DNA of 63,989 bases, filler included, from an uncultured bacterium (GTDB lineage Bacteria > Auribacterota > CAZIXI01), in assembly GCA_964543115.1 (NCBI GenBank). It is 5 parts of 5 records of this genome, joined end to end, with 100 filler letters (N's around TTAATTAATTAA, not from the genome) between each part and the next. Parts side by side here need not be neighbours in the genome. Positions count along the whole stretch, not along the records: positions 28,316 to 42,211 come from CAZIXI010000067.1; 4 more parts are not named here. One strand, 5' to 3'. The translations under genes were made by a program, and so were the position numbers. Shown here one piece after another: positions 28,316-38,533 of this stretch (position 1 is the first letter of the stretch; the number at the start of each line of letters is the position of its first letter). The notes beneath the pieces are model-generated. The model did not search any database. It saw nothing but the letters and a program-made list of their open reading frames with translations, and was not told the origin of the DNA.

Positions 28316-31300
28316 GGTATCTGGGCGGAGTGGTTTTTATTTGAGCTGAAAGCGCATACAGAAGATCAGGAAGTTGTCCGGGCACTGGAGATAAATTCCG
28401 CTGGCTCATTTATGCTCAGTGTGGCTGAGGGACGGGAGGGCATAGATACTGCCGCGGTGATAACCGATCATTTGAGGGAGGAGGATTATAAGCCCTTTTC
28501 TCGCAGCCGGGAGATAAGAGAAGGTGAATTGGCTGAAGTTGATGTCTATGATGTTGTTTTTTCAATCTATGATAAAGCTAATATGAATACTCCGGAGGAG
28601 GCAGCCGCCTTTTTCCAAAAGATGCACTCCCTGCTTCATTTTGGCGGACGCTTGATAATTACTCTGCCGGCGAGAAATAAATTTAGCGAAGAAACATTTG
28701 AGTATCTAAAGGCAATGGGCTATAAAGTGGAACATGCCGCACCTGCTTACCTGCAATTGCAAGATGCGGAAAAGAATATTGAAGGTGAGCAGGAGGAAGG
28801 AGCACTAAAGAAAAGAGGTTTTTATGGAGTCGTGCTGCAAAAGGTAGGGCAAAGGCGGCATCTGCCTGAGAGACCAGAGGAGGCATTTATAATAGATGTG
28901 GTTCCCCAGGAGGCAGAAACAGCTGAGCGCCGGCGGCAGAGAGATGGAGCTGATCGTGTGGGTGGGACAAAAGATAAAGTCAATATCCGGCCCGCTTATC
29001 AGCCGCGAAGCGGTACCTGCCGCACCGGTTCTGATGATTCAGCGGCCTTGGCGGAATTGCTTTCGGCACTGGGAAACTATGATGAAGAAAAGAACAGCTT
29101 GCGGCAGGAAGCGGAAAGGCGGACAGACTTATTGCGGGCCGTTGCGGAAAGTCGTCTGCTAATTGATGATTTTATTTCGGGCCACTGGTATAGCAAAGAA
29201 AAACCAAAACCATTGGTTCCCTATCTAAGCAGAGAACAATATGAAGAGGTGCTGTTGCTGCTTTCGAAGGCCGAGCCGCTTTTCTGTGAAGGGCAGGAAA
29301 CGGATGATTTAGAGTTGTTGAGTATGGAATTGTTGGAAGCGGAGGAGCACTTGGTGTTTATTAGTGAAAACTATGCAGAGTTTGAGAGATTGTTGCTTGC
29401 TGTTCGGGAGCTGAAAATGTATGCGGAAGGCATCACTGATTATCAGGCTGTTTGCAGTTATCAGTCCCTAGATTTGAATAAGGAAAACTTGGAGAAACTG
29501 CGGCGGGTTTATCAGGAACTGAAAAAGAGGGAAGAAGAGAAAGGTGAAGAAAAGGAAAAAGAGGAAAAATGGCCGGTCTTTCGGGAAAAACAGAAATATA
29601 TTGTCAGGTACCAGCGGGCCGCCAGCTTACTGTACAGAAGGGCGGCTAGATATGCAGCTGAACAAACAGCGAAGATTTTAGCGGTTACGGCAATTGAAGA
29701 TTTCACAATGGAAGAATTAAAAACTGCTAGAACAGTAGAGCAGGAACTGCTGAAGGGGTTGGCGGTTGCGGGCATTTACCCTGATCTTAAGTGCTATGAT
29801 CAAGCGTTGCGGAATCTATTCAGCCATTGGTGGCAGCTGGAATTTATGTTTAACCCCAATGATATGCTGTTACTTGAGCAGGTACGTAAGGATTGGGATG
29901 AAAATCTGGTCCTGCCAGAACAAAGTGTTTTTGGCGCGAAAGACAGGAAAGCGGAGCTGAATCAATTAACTGCCTGCCTGGGGATTGTCTGGCAGTGGCG
30001 GGAACGGGGAAGTGAAATTGATTTTATTTTTAATACTCCAATGGGAAAGCTAATGCGTCCCGCTTCTGCGGTACTGATGCCTGCCTATATGACTGAATTT
30101 GATCAGGTAACTATTTACAGGCAGTTACAGAATCATTTGGCTAAACAGGAGGGTGGGCCGGTATGGCCGGAAGATATATTTACTATTATGCCGGGGACGA
30201 CTTCCACAGAAATAAATCAAAGACTGGCTCAGCTAGAGCAGGGAGAACGGCTGCTATTGGCGGTAAGTGATTATTTTCAGTTCCCGGCCTCTTTCCTGAC
30301 CGGACTGGCCCGGCAGGGATTTACTGTGGAATACATGCTGGCTGCCCATCTTGAAGTTACCGCCGATCAAGCGGATACCACGAAGCTGATGTGCGATTAT
30401 GTCCGCCGGGGAAAAAGATTACTATTTATTCGACGGTTGGCAGAGGGGGAAGCAGTGGAAGACGGTACCTTCAGTCTTAAAGGAGGAGTTCCCGAGGTCT
30501 GTCCAGTTTATTATCGGCAGCGGCACGCGGAATGGCGGGAGACTTTAGAAATGGTGCTGGATTTTCTTAAGCCCGCTGATCTTAAATTAGCGGTTGATTC
30601 TCTGGAGGAATATTTGAACCGCTCACAAATTGTAAATGAATACTCTGCTGCAGTTGCTGACCGCTTATTAATAGGGGATAAATGTTTCGCTACCAGAACA
30701 GAAATCGCCGCTATTCAGGAACAATTAGCAGCAGAGGAAACGCAAAAAAGAGGGAGAGAGGAGGCGGCGCAGCGGCTGAAGAAAAGACAAAGAAAGAAAA
30801 AGAAGAAGAAGAAAAGAGGAGCACGAGATAAAAAGGGTAAAAATGGCACGCCTGCCGAACCTGAGGTGCCGATTTCCAGCCAAGTTGAATCCTGGCAGGA
30901 ATTGGTAGCCGGAGAGTTCAGTGAAGCGGATATTCGCGATTTGGGCTATATTTTGTTGCAGAATATAGCGGATTTTGAAGATCCGCCGCCGGCAGTGGAG
31001 ATAGTGGAATCAGCCGGGATTGGCCAGCATCCGCGTTTAGGTAGATTTGTGCGTGAAAATAGCGCAAAGTTTCCGTTGGTAGAGCTTCTTTCCCGCGTGG
31101 ATCGTTTAATCGAGATCCGGCAATATGAGTTGGTGCTGGGCCGAGTTTACCGGGCATTAACGATGCTCGCCGCTTATGTTGTTCCCGGAAGGATGACTGT
31201 GTCCAATGCCCGGTATTTTAAAAAAGATAGATTGCTTGATGTTATGGGTGTTGGTCTGGGTGGCAAAAGCAATTTTTGTGCGGAGATTATGTTTGGTAAT

Positions 31301-34300
31301 GGTTTTTCTCCCTTTGCCGCGGGTAGTGAGGCGTGTTTTATGGAAATTGTCGGAGATTATTTGTGTTGGCGCGACGATGAACTTTCCGGGATTGTTGCCG
31401 CGCAGATAAAAAGTCTAAAGGCTGGCGGGGCACTTACAGAAGATGAGGCAGATCCTGCGAGCATGGGCGGGGATTTTATTGTGCATTGTCTTTTTGATGA
31501 AGATAATAAGCTGGCAAGATTCCATAAAATGCTTGCGGGATTACAGGTCTATCAGGGGCGGGAATCGTTTACTTATGAAAACCTAGAAACAATAAACGCG
31601 GAAGAGTCAGGGCGTCATGATATTTGCCGTGAGGCAGCGGAAGTGGCAACACTGCTTTTAACAGTTGATCCGCGCGTTGTTTCCCGCGAGGAACTGGAGA
31701 AATTAGAAACTGTATTTTATAGAATGCTTTCAGCGATGCCAAAAGGTGGTTCCAGCCTTGGGGAAATTGGTGAAAATATTCTACTGACGCTAAAGTCTTG
31801 CAAAATGTATTTGGGCCTAAAGAAGGACAAAGGGGTTATTGCTGAAATTGCCGATATTATGCAGGAAGCGGTTCAGGAAACTGAGTGGCGGCAGGAAACT
31901 CAGGCTATGGGGCGTGAAAAAGAAAGGATGGCCAGCGGAAAAGTAATCTACGAAGACTATGTTTATGGTGATAAGGCAAGAGAAATTCTTGCTGAAAATA
32001 AAGATGAGGTTGGTTTTTATGCAGATATCCAGAGTTGCTTGAATGGAGTAGAGCTCTATCATCTTTCTGTCCAAGAAAAAGAAACCATTTCTGCGGTAGT
32101 TGCCCAGATGGTTTTGTGTGTGTGCGAAAAGGAATTAGAAGAATTGTTTAAACAATTAGGGGTATTTATCAGAACCCGTAACAGTGCCAACCGTTTTCTC
32201 TATACTTATTATTCATTAATGCGTGATCTTTGGCGAACAAAGATAGCTGTTGATGTAAAAACGCAAATGTTTAGAAAGCTTAGTTATGTGTTAGCGGTGG
32301 ATCCGCAAATAGCTATTTGTGTTCGCGGTAATGAAGGAGAAGATCCGCGAGAAAACGCTCACCGGAGCTTAATCGCCTTATTAACGGAGTTTTACCGCGT
32401 TGGCCAGATGATGCGGGATCCGGAGATGGAGTTTGCCGCCCTGGATATGCAGTGGATGGCACTGAGGCTGAATAATCTGATCAGAGATAAATTGACCAAG
32501 GTAAGCTACGATGAGAGGAGTATTAATAAACTGCATAAATGCGCGGAGCTTGCTGCCGGAAACCCTCTGCATGCTAACTTGATATTTGAATTGCCGCAGA
32601 ATTTAAGAGTGCTCAGGGATTTGTATCAATATGAAATATTTACATTTATTGATTCAAAAATTATTGAAGAATTGTTTATTTGGCAATTAGCTCCAATCAG
32701 GCATCAATTAAGTAATGCTGGCGAACTGGCGGCTTCCCGCCAGCTGGCAATATTTATGTTAGAGGAAATGAGTGTAGGCATGACTGAAATAGAGGGAGAA
32801 GAGGTTGAAGATGTATTGATTAATGTGGAATTTCAAGCGGAGATAGCTAAATGGCGGTTTACTTGGGACTACTGTCCAAAAGAAAGGCCGGTTTTGCTGC
32901 AAAATATTGTTGAGGTACTGAAAGTATGTGCGGGGAGTGATTACCAGAAGTTTTATCAGGCGGTGCAGAACTTTGAAAACAAGAACGATGAGGATGTTAT
33001 TGAGGCCGCTGCTGCCTATTGTGAAAACCATAGGGAAGAATTTACTCCGCTAGCACTTATTGCCTTTCTCGCCTATATTGCCTTCTGGCAATATGTGCCC
33101 GGCTCAAGGGATGATTTGCGGACAGCGGTGTTGAAAGTGAAAAAGATTGAAAAAAAGGATAGAGGAAAGAGGCAGCTTTATAGAAGAATACATGGATTAG
33201 CCTCCGCTGACGGGAAGGAAGTTGACTTGCGGGGGAAGGTGACGGAGGTGAATCGTTTGCTTTCCGTCAATGCCAGTTTTCGGCTCTTAAAAGTAGTGAC
33301 AATGTTTTCGCTGTGCCAGGCAGCGGGAAGTGAGCTGGCTGATTCGCGGGCGGAATTGGACCGTTTGTTCAGCCTGATCAGGAATCCGCAGGAGTTAAAG
33401 TATTATTGGCGCCTGCTGGCCAGTTATGCTGAAAAAAACAAAATAGGGTTTCCTGGTGAAATTGTCAAACGTTTTAGCGCGAAGATGCTCTATTTTCTGG
33501 AGACAGCAAGGCCGGCGGTGGAAGAATTACTGCTGGGATCATATCAGGAGATTTCAGATGCGGAATTATTGGTTTTATATTGTTTTAGGAGGAGTAAAAA
33601 ATTCCGCCGTTTTCTGGTTGATAAGATATTTGACCAGGAACCCCGTTTTGCCGGTAATGCCTTTTTCCTCTTAAAAGAAGTTGTGGCCGCGGAAATGAAG
33701 GCTGCTGTTAGCGGCAAGCAATGCGGACGGCTCCACGAGGCATTTAATTATCTCATTGACAAGTTGTTGGAGCAAGGCAGCGAAATCAATGGAATACAAA
33801 TGAATGCTGTCTTCTGGTTGATTAATGATGCGGCAAGAATTGCCGCTGTGCGCGATATTGATTTTAGTTTAACAGCGAAATGGGAAAGGATTTATGCTGC
33901 TTATAACGAGGGTAAGATTAATGCCGAAGTCTTGCTTGGCATTAATGCTGAACTGGAGGCCTTGCGCAAAGCAGTAATAAGGGATTCCGAATTAAAAGGG
34001 CTGGTGCGCCAGCGTTATGCAGAACGTTCCGCCGATCATTATGCTGTCTTTGCCAAAGGTGTGTTTGTTTTAGCGGAAGAAGAAGAGGCTAATATCAGAG
34101 CAAAAACGGATAGGTTACTGGTGAAGATTAGCGAAAAAGAGCAAAGACAAATTCAAGCGGATCTAATCAGCTATCTTGCTGCCGGCAATACGCTGAATAG
34201 ATTTATGTATTATGTCTGTTACGCCGAAGCAGTAAAATGGCTGGCAGTTGACGCTATGATCGTGAAAGGAACAGTAAGAGAAGTGCTTGTAGAATTGGTA

Positions 34301-37300
34301 AAGCTGGGAGTGTGCCGGGATTTAGCAGTGTTTGCCAAAGGAGTGGAGAAAGCAGAGTCGGTAGAACAATTGATTGAGTTTGTCGCCCGGGTGAAACAAT
34401 TACAGTTTCATGTCCGAAATGATGCGCAGCTAAAAATGGTAACGGGATTTTTGCAGGAACTAATAAATAAACTGCTTTATGATCTAGTGGGATATGCAGG
34501 AGATTTTGAGAAGGCTTTTCTCTCGGCATTTAATGGTGATGTTTACTGGCGGGATTTTGCCGATGATATGCTTTTATGTTTTCCCCGGCTGGCCGGTTTT
34601 TATCCGTATGCCTTCAGCTATTGTATGAGTGGTGAAATTGATGAAGAGTTTCTGGAAATATTAATTATGGATATGAAGCGGGCCTTTATTTATGGCCTAC
34701 ACAAAACTGAAGCCGGGCATAAAGTGTTTCAGCATGTGGCGGCGGCTATTAGTGGGTTGCCGCAGGCAAGGAAGATTGCTTTAGCGGTTAGAATAAGTGA
34801 TTTTGAAAAGGATCTGGCCCTTTATCTTGGTGGTTTGGGCAGAACAAAGGGAGTAAAGAGTATTCAACTGCAGCCGGTAAGAAAACTAAAAAAGGCTCTT
34901 GCCGGAAATATGCCAGCTCAAGGGACGGATAAGGAATTCCGCCAGGCAGTGCGTATGTTGTTGAGGCTTAAAGGCATTAGAGACGATCGGCTTGATCTTA
35001 ATGGATTTGAAGAGGTTGAAAATATTCATGCTCAAGCTGAAATCTATCAGCTAATGAGATTGACTCAGTTGTTTTTGAAGGAAAAGGTAATGAAGGGCAA
35101 GCTGGATCCGAATGAATATGCAATGAAAAATGCCATTTTAGTAAGTCGTGCCTGCAAAATAATGGCGACGGCAGATGAACAGCGGCTGGTTGAGTTTGCC
35201 TTCAGCTCAATCAGGCAAATGGAACTGTTGGAAATGGTTATTGGCCAGTTAATGTATGACGATAGAGCACACGAAATAATACCGGTGGTGATTCAGCAGT
35301 TTTTTTCTGCTGATCCTGTTGCTTATGGCAATGCTTATCATTACCTGCATTTTTTCCTCACTCCGGATGAAGAGGTATTCCCGCCATCATTGCACCGCCG
35401 GGAAGCGATAGAAATTTTACTTGTTACGGCCGTAAGGGGGGTGTTAGAGCAGGCGGACGAAGAAAGCCTTAATCGTTATTTACTTTCCCGGATAGTTGAT
35501 CTGATGATGACCGCGCTCACAAATGCGGAAATAGAAAATGTTTATGAAGTGTTAAGTGTGGTTAATCGATATTATGCTGAGGGGAAAATCACAAAGGAAG
35601 TGTATGAGCAGGCACGAAAAGTTATCAGGACAAATTACCGGCAGTTTCGCTCCGCTATTTCTGCTGAATGGAAAATAAGCCGGCTGCAGGCAATGATGGG
35701 TGCGCATCCCTTGATTGGCGATACGAGCACAGTGCCCGGAGATGGTCAAATAGGCAAAAAGGCAGAAGTTGCGGAGGTGATGGTTGAGCGGAAGGAATTT
35801 AAGGTTGTTGGTCAGCCGGGGCCAATAGGGCTCAATGATTTGGCGGTAGATATTAGTCAGTTGGAAGATGTTCTTTGTCAGCAGGTGGAGGGGGAAGAAG
35901 AAAGAGAAATAATCAGAAAGATTTTGCGGGCCTTTGTTGATCTGCCGGTTGAGCAAAAACCTTCATTTTATTTTTATGAAACACTGGTTGGTGATCTTTG
36001 CGGATTTGCCCGGCCTGAAGCCCGGGTAATTGCCCTCTATGAAGATTTTTCCGCCAATCCTCTGGCCCTCTTTCATGAAATAGCGGAATACCTGTCGGCG
36101 ATTGGTGAGCTGGAGTTGAAGATTGAGAATCTGTATTTAGCGGGAGAGATTAATGGTATAGATTTTACACTGCAGGTCAGTGAGGCGCTGGAGAGTTTGT
36201 GGCTAGAGGATAGTAATCATTGGCCAAAACACTGGCAGACTAAAACACATTATCTGCTGCGGGTACTACAACGGCAGCTGCTTTTGCTGAAAGACGAATA
36301 TCTATCAGTTCTGATTAAGACAGCACAGAAATTAGAGAAAAAGGTGAGGATTATGCCGGATGAAGGTGATGTGATTAAAGGCCGCTACAGTCTGGTTTCC
36401 CGCTTGCCGCGCGCAGGCATGGCGGAGGTTTGGCTGGCAGATGACCTGATGAATGCTAACGAAGAAGTAATCGTAAAAATTGGCACCGGAGATCAAGTAA
36501 AATATCTTATGCGGGAGGCCGTACTAATGAGAATGGTGGAAGGGAAATGCGTAGCCACCGGCACTACGGTGTCGCCGGAAGTATATTCTCATGGCCAATC
36601 ACCTTATGGTTATTTCATTGCCATGGAAAAAATAAGCGGAGAGTCTTTAATCGATTGGCTAAATAGAAACATTGACAGAGGATTAACGCGAACACCACAT
36701 GGAATATTAAAGATAAAGCGCTTGGGTCAGGCGTTACTGGAGATGTTAGCGCCGCTTCACGAGGCCGGGATTCTCCACCATGATGTCAAGCCGCAGAACA
36801 TTATTGTGGCTCAGGAAGCGGGAAAAATGACTTTGAAGCTACTGGATTATGGCCTGGCTGCTGACACCACTTTGGAGCAAAAATTTGCCTATCACGGCAC
36901 CGTGGGCTATATGGCGCCGGAAACCATTGCCCGCAAGCAGCAGTCGCTGGCCACCGACATTTTTCCTGTGGGCGTGATTCTTTTTGAGGCGCTTACCGGC
37001 AGAAATCTTTTTCAGCGCAATATTCACCAGGTGCCGACGGATATGCGCCGGGTGCTTCACTACTTTTTGCGTAAAGTGTCTGAAATGAAAAGTATCAACA
37101 CCAGAACCGTGTCTCTTTGTTTTACCATGTATTATAACGCCTTTAAAAATATTGTTGTGCTGCCGGAACTGGGATCATTAAGGACTTTTATTGAAAATCT
37201 GTTAATGCGGGAGGAAGCAGTTTATGAAGGAGTGAATGTGTCTGAGCACCTAATTGGCAGCCGGCCGGAGAATGCCGAGAAGGCCCTGGCACTGTTAGGG

Positions 37301-38533
37301 GAGGTTTATGTTCCCTATATTGATCATGCGGGTAATGAGCTGAGGCTTCTTGCTTATCACGGCAGGCAAGAAGATCCGCAGCGGGGAGAGGTTTATCTGT
37401 TCGCGGCCAAAACAGAGGCTGGGCGGTATTTACCGGATTATAAAATAGCCAGAGGGGTTTATGAACGAAAATATCCGGAAGATGAAGACGATGGTTTAGT
37501 GAAAACCGTTGCCGGCAGGAGATTGCGGCGGATGTTTGATGTTGGTAAGATAAAAAGAATGGCGCGGGAGGATACAGGTAAATTAGGGGTGAATTTACAA
37601 GGGCGGTTTGATTATCGTACGCAGCAGGCAGGATTACTGAAGCAGGAATATATTGGACATGATATGGCGGTGTGTGAAGTGGTAAATCCCGCACATGCAG
37701 CAGGCCTGCGCGCGGTTTACGGCGGTGCGGGAACGGATATAGTTAATTTTCTTCTCTCTACAGATGTAGCTGAAGCCTGTTTTGTTGATGATAGATATGC
37801 CATAAATATTAACAGAATGGAAGATTTATTGGAGCATCATTGGGAAAGGTTGCCGGAGATTTGCCATAATTATATCAGGGATAAGTCGGTGGACGGCTAT
37901 TCTAATCAAGTGTTTATTCCCCGCACACAAGAAGCGGTTATCCTGCTGGAACTGAAGGCGCTGGGAGTGGCCAGGGATGATATCACCAGCATCGAAGAGA
38001 ATGTTGATGGAACAGTAACAATATATTTTGACTGGTGTTATAAGTATCAGGCAGTTAAGTCCTATAAAGTTTCATTTGTTTGCGCAAAAATGGAGGAAAT
38101 TGCCTCTTTGCCGGCGGATCATCTTCTGAGAAGGATGCTGGAGACAGGTATAGATATTTATTATCAACGGGCAGCAATGAGCATTCCCGATCATTATGCA
38201 GAGTTTCTTCCCCTGATTATTGCCAGTTTAAATGAAAACGGTTTTTTGGTTATGGATAATAATCATGGGATGAAGGCTGAACGAATTAGTCCAGAGCCGC
38301 TGTTTGCTGATCTGCCGGGAATAAAAATGACTGCACAATCAACCGCGAGCATACAATACTGGGCAAAGCGTATTCCGCAATTAAGACAGCCGGGAGTGGG
38401 CAAACATTATGCCTGGGATGTGGATATCTGGCAGCAACAGGCGGCGGCAGCAGAGCATTCCGGCAACGCAACGGGGGCCATATCGGACTCTCGCCTGCTT
38501 CAGCAGCCCGATCTATTTGGTCAGTCGGTTTAA
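28316..38533 (+). CDS. Giant multi-domain protein (>=3405 aa, 5' truncated): SAM-methyltransferase-like modules, long helical region, zincin-like motif, Ser/Thr kinase, C-terminal methyltransferase-like domain
   Basis: Frame open to the contig edge. Kinase motifs RYSLVSRL..GMAEVW, VIVK, REA, HHDVKPQN, DYG, GTVGYMAPE, DIFPVG; LALFHEIAE; VYGGAGTD..FVDD. Confidence 0.85.
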   Translation, partial: GIWAEWFLFELKAHTEDQEVVRALEINSAGSFMLSVAEGREGIDTAAVITDHLREEDYKPFSRSREIREGELAEVDVYDVVFSIYDKANMNTPEEAAAFFQKMHSLLHFGGRLIITLPARNKFSEETFEYLKAMGYKVEHAAPAYLQLQDAEKNIEGEQEEGALKKRGFYGVVLQKVGQRRHLPERPEEAFIIDVVPQEAETAERRRQRDGADRVGGTKDKVNIRPAYQPRSGTCRTGSDDSAALAELLSALGNYDEEKNSLRQEAERRTDLLRAVAESRLLIDDFISGHWYSKEKPKPLVPYLSREQYEEVLLLLSKAEPLFCEGQETDDLELLSMELLEAEEHLVFISENYAEFERLLLAVRELKMYAEGITDYQAVCSYQSLDLNKENLEKLRRVYQELKKREEEKGEEKEKEEKWPVFREKQKYIVRYQRAASLLYRRAARYAAEQTAKILAVTAIEDFTMEELKTARTVEQELLKGLAVAGIYPDLKCYDQALRNLFSHWWQLEFMFNPNDMLLLEQVRKDWDENLVLPEQSVFGAKDRKAELNQLTACLGIVWQWRERGSEIDFIFNTPMGKLMRPASAVLMPAYMTEFDQVTIYRQLQNHLAKQEGGPVWPEDIFTIMPGTTSTEINQRLAQLEQGERLLLAVSDYFQFPASFLTGLARQGFTVEYMLAAHLEVTADQADTTKLMCDYVRRGKRLLFIRRLAEGEAVEDGTFSLKGGVPEVCPVYYRQRHAEWRETLEMVLDFLKPADLKLAVDSLEEYLNRSQIVNEYSAAVADRLLIGDKCFATRTEIAAIQEQLAAEETQKRGREEAAQRLKKRQRKKKKKKKRGARDKKGKNGTPAEPEVPISSQVESWQELVAGEFSEADIRDLGYILLQNIADFEDPPPAVEIVESAGIGQHPRLGRFVRENSAKFPLVELLSRVDRLIEIRQYELVLGRVYRALTMLAAYVVPGRMTVSNARYFKKDRLLDVMGVGLGGKSNFCAEIMFGNGFSPFAAGSEACFMEIVGDYLCWRDDELSGIVAAQIKSLKAGGALTEDEADPASMGGDFIVHCLFDEDNKLARFHKMLAGLQVYQGRESFTYENLETINAEESGRHDICREAAEVATLLLTVDPRVVSREELEKLETVFYRMLSAMPKGGSSLGEIGENILLTLKSCKMYLGLKKDKGVIAEIADIMQEAVQETEWRQETQAMGREKERMASGKVIYEDYVYGDKAREILAENKDEVGFYADIQSCLNGVELYHLSVQEKETISAVVAQMVLCVCEKELEELFKQLGVFIRTRNSANRFLYTYYSLMRDLWRTKIAVDVKTQMFRKLSYVLAVDPQIAICVRGNEGEDPRENAHRSLIALLTEFYRVGQMMRDPEMEFAALDMQWMALRLNNLIRDKLTKVSYDERSINKLHKCAELAAGNPLHANLIFELPQNLRVLRDLYQYEIFTFIDSKIIEELFIWQLAPIRHQLSNAGELAASRQLAIFMLEEMSVGMTEIEGEEVEDVLINVEFQAEIAKWRFTWDYCPKERPVLLQNIVEVLKVCAGSDYQKFYQAVQNFENKNDEDVIEAAAAYCENHREEFTPLALIAFLAYIAFWQYVPGSRDDLRTAVLKVKKIEKKDRGKRQLYRRIHGLASADGKEVDLRGKVTEVNRLLSVNASFRLLKVVTMFSLCQAAGSELADSRAELDRLFSLIRNPQELKYYWRLLASYAEKNKIGFPGEIVKRFSAKMLYFLETARPAVEELLLGSYQEISDAELLVLYCFRRSKKFRRFLVDKIFDQEPRFAGNAFFLLKEVVAAEMKAAVSGKQCGRLHEAFNYLIDKLLEQGSEINGIQMNAVFWLINDAARIAAVRDIDFSLTAKWERIYAAYNEGKINAEVLLGINAELEALRKAVIRDSELKGLVRQRYAERSADHYAVFAKGVFVLAEEEEANIRAKTDRLLVKISEKEQRQIQADLISYLAAGNTLNRFMYYVCYAEAVKWLAVDAMIVKGTVREVLVELVKLGVCRDLAVFAKGVEKAESVEQLIEFVARVKQLQFHVRNDAQLKMVTGFLQELINKLLYDLVGYAGDFEKAFLSAFNGDVYWRDFADDMLLCFPRLAGFYPYAFSYCMSGEIDEEFLEILIMDMKRAFIYGLHKTEAGHKVFQHVAAAISGLPQARKIALAVRISDFEKDLALYLGGLGRTKGVKSIQLQPVRKLKKALAGNMPAQGTDKEFRQAVRMLLRLKGIRDDRLDLNGFEEVENIHAQAEIYQLMRLTQLFLKEKVMKGKLDPNEYAMKNAILVSRACKIMATADEQRLVEFAFSSIRQMELLEMVIGQLMYDDRAHEIIPVVIQQFFSADPVAYGNAYHYLHFFLTPDEEVFPPSLHRREAIEILLVTAVRGVLEQADEESLNRYLLSRIVDLMMTALTNAEIENVYEVLSVVNRYYAEGKITKEVYEQARKVIRTNYRQFRSAISAEWKISRLQAMMGAHPLIGDTSTVPGDGQIGKKAEVAEVMVERKEFKVVGQPGPIGLNDLAVDISQLEDVLCQQVEGEEEREIIRKILRAFVDLPVEQKPSFYFYETLVGDLCGFARPEARVIALYEDFSANPLALFHEIAEYLSAIGELELKIENLYLAGEINGIDFTLQVSEALESLWLEDSNHWPKHWQTKTHYLLRVLQRQLLLLKDEYLSVLIKTAQKLEKKVRIMPDEGDVIKGRYSLVSRLPRAGMAEVWLADDLMNANEEVIVKIGTGDQVKYLMREAVLMRMVEGKCVATGTTVSPEVYSHGQSPYGYFIAMEKISGESLIDWLNRNIDRGLTRTPHGILKIKRLGQALLEMLAPLHEAGILHHDVKPQNIIVAQEAGKMTLKLLDYGLAADTTLEQKFAYHGTVGYMAPETIARKQQSLATDIFPVGVILFEALTGRNLFQRNIHQVPTDMRRVLHYFLRKVSEMKSINTRTVSLCFTMYYNAFKNIVVLPELGSLRTFIENLLMREEAVYEGVNVSEHLIGSRPENAEKALALLGEVYVPYIDHAGNELRLLAYHGRQEDPQRGEVYLFAAKTEAGRYLPDYKIARGVYERKYPEDEDDGLVKTVAGRRLRRMFDVGKIKRMAREDTGKLGVNLQGRFDYRTQQAGLLKQEYIGHDMAVCEVVNPAHAAGLRAVYGGAGTDIVNFLLSTDVAEACFVDDRYAININRMEDLLEHHWERLPEICHNYIRDKSVDGYSNQVFIPRTQEAVILLELKALGVARDDITSIEENVDGTVTIYFDWCYKYQAVKSYKVSFVCAKMEEIASLPADHLLRRMLETGIDIYYQRAAMSIPDHYAEFLPLIIASLNENGFLVMDNNHGMKAERISPEPLFADLPGIKMTAQSTASIQYWAKRIPQLRQPGVGKHYAWDVDIWQQQAAAAEHSGNATGAISDSRLLQQPDLFGQSV

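Noticed and set aside
27873..28412. Decarboxylase wing domain fused to or co-transcribed with the giant kinase gene
   Set aside because: Separated by an artificial linker; different contigs.
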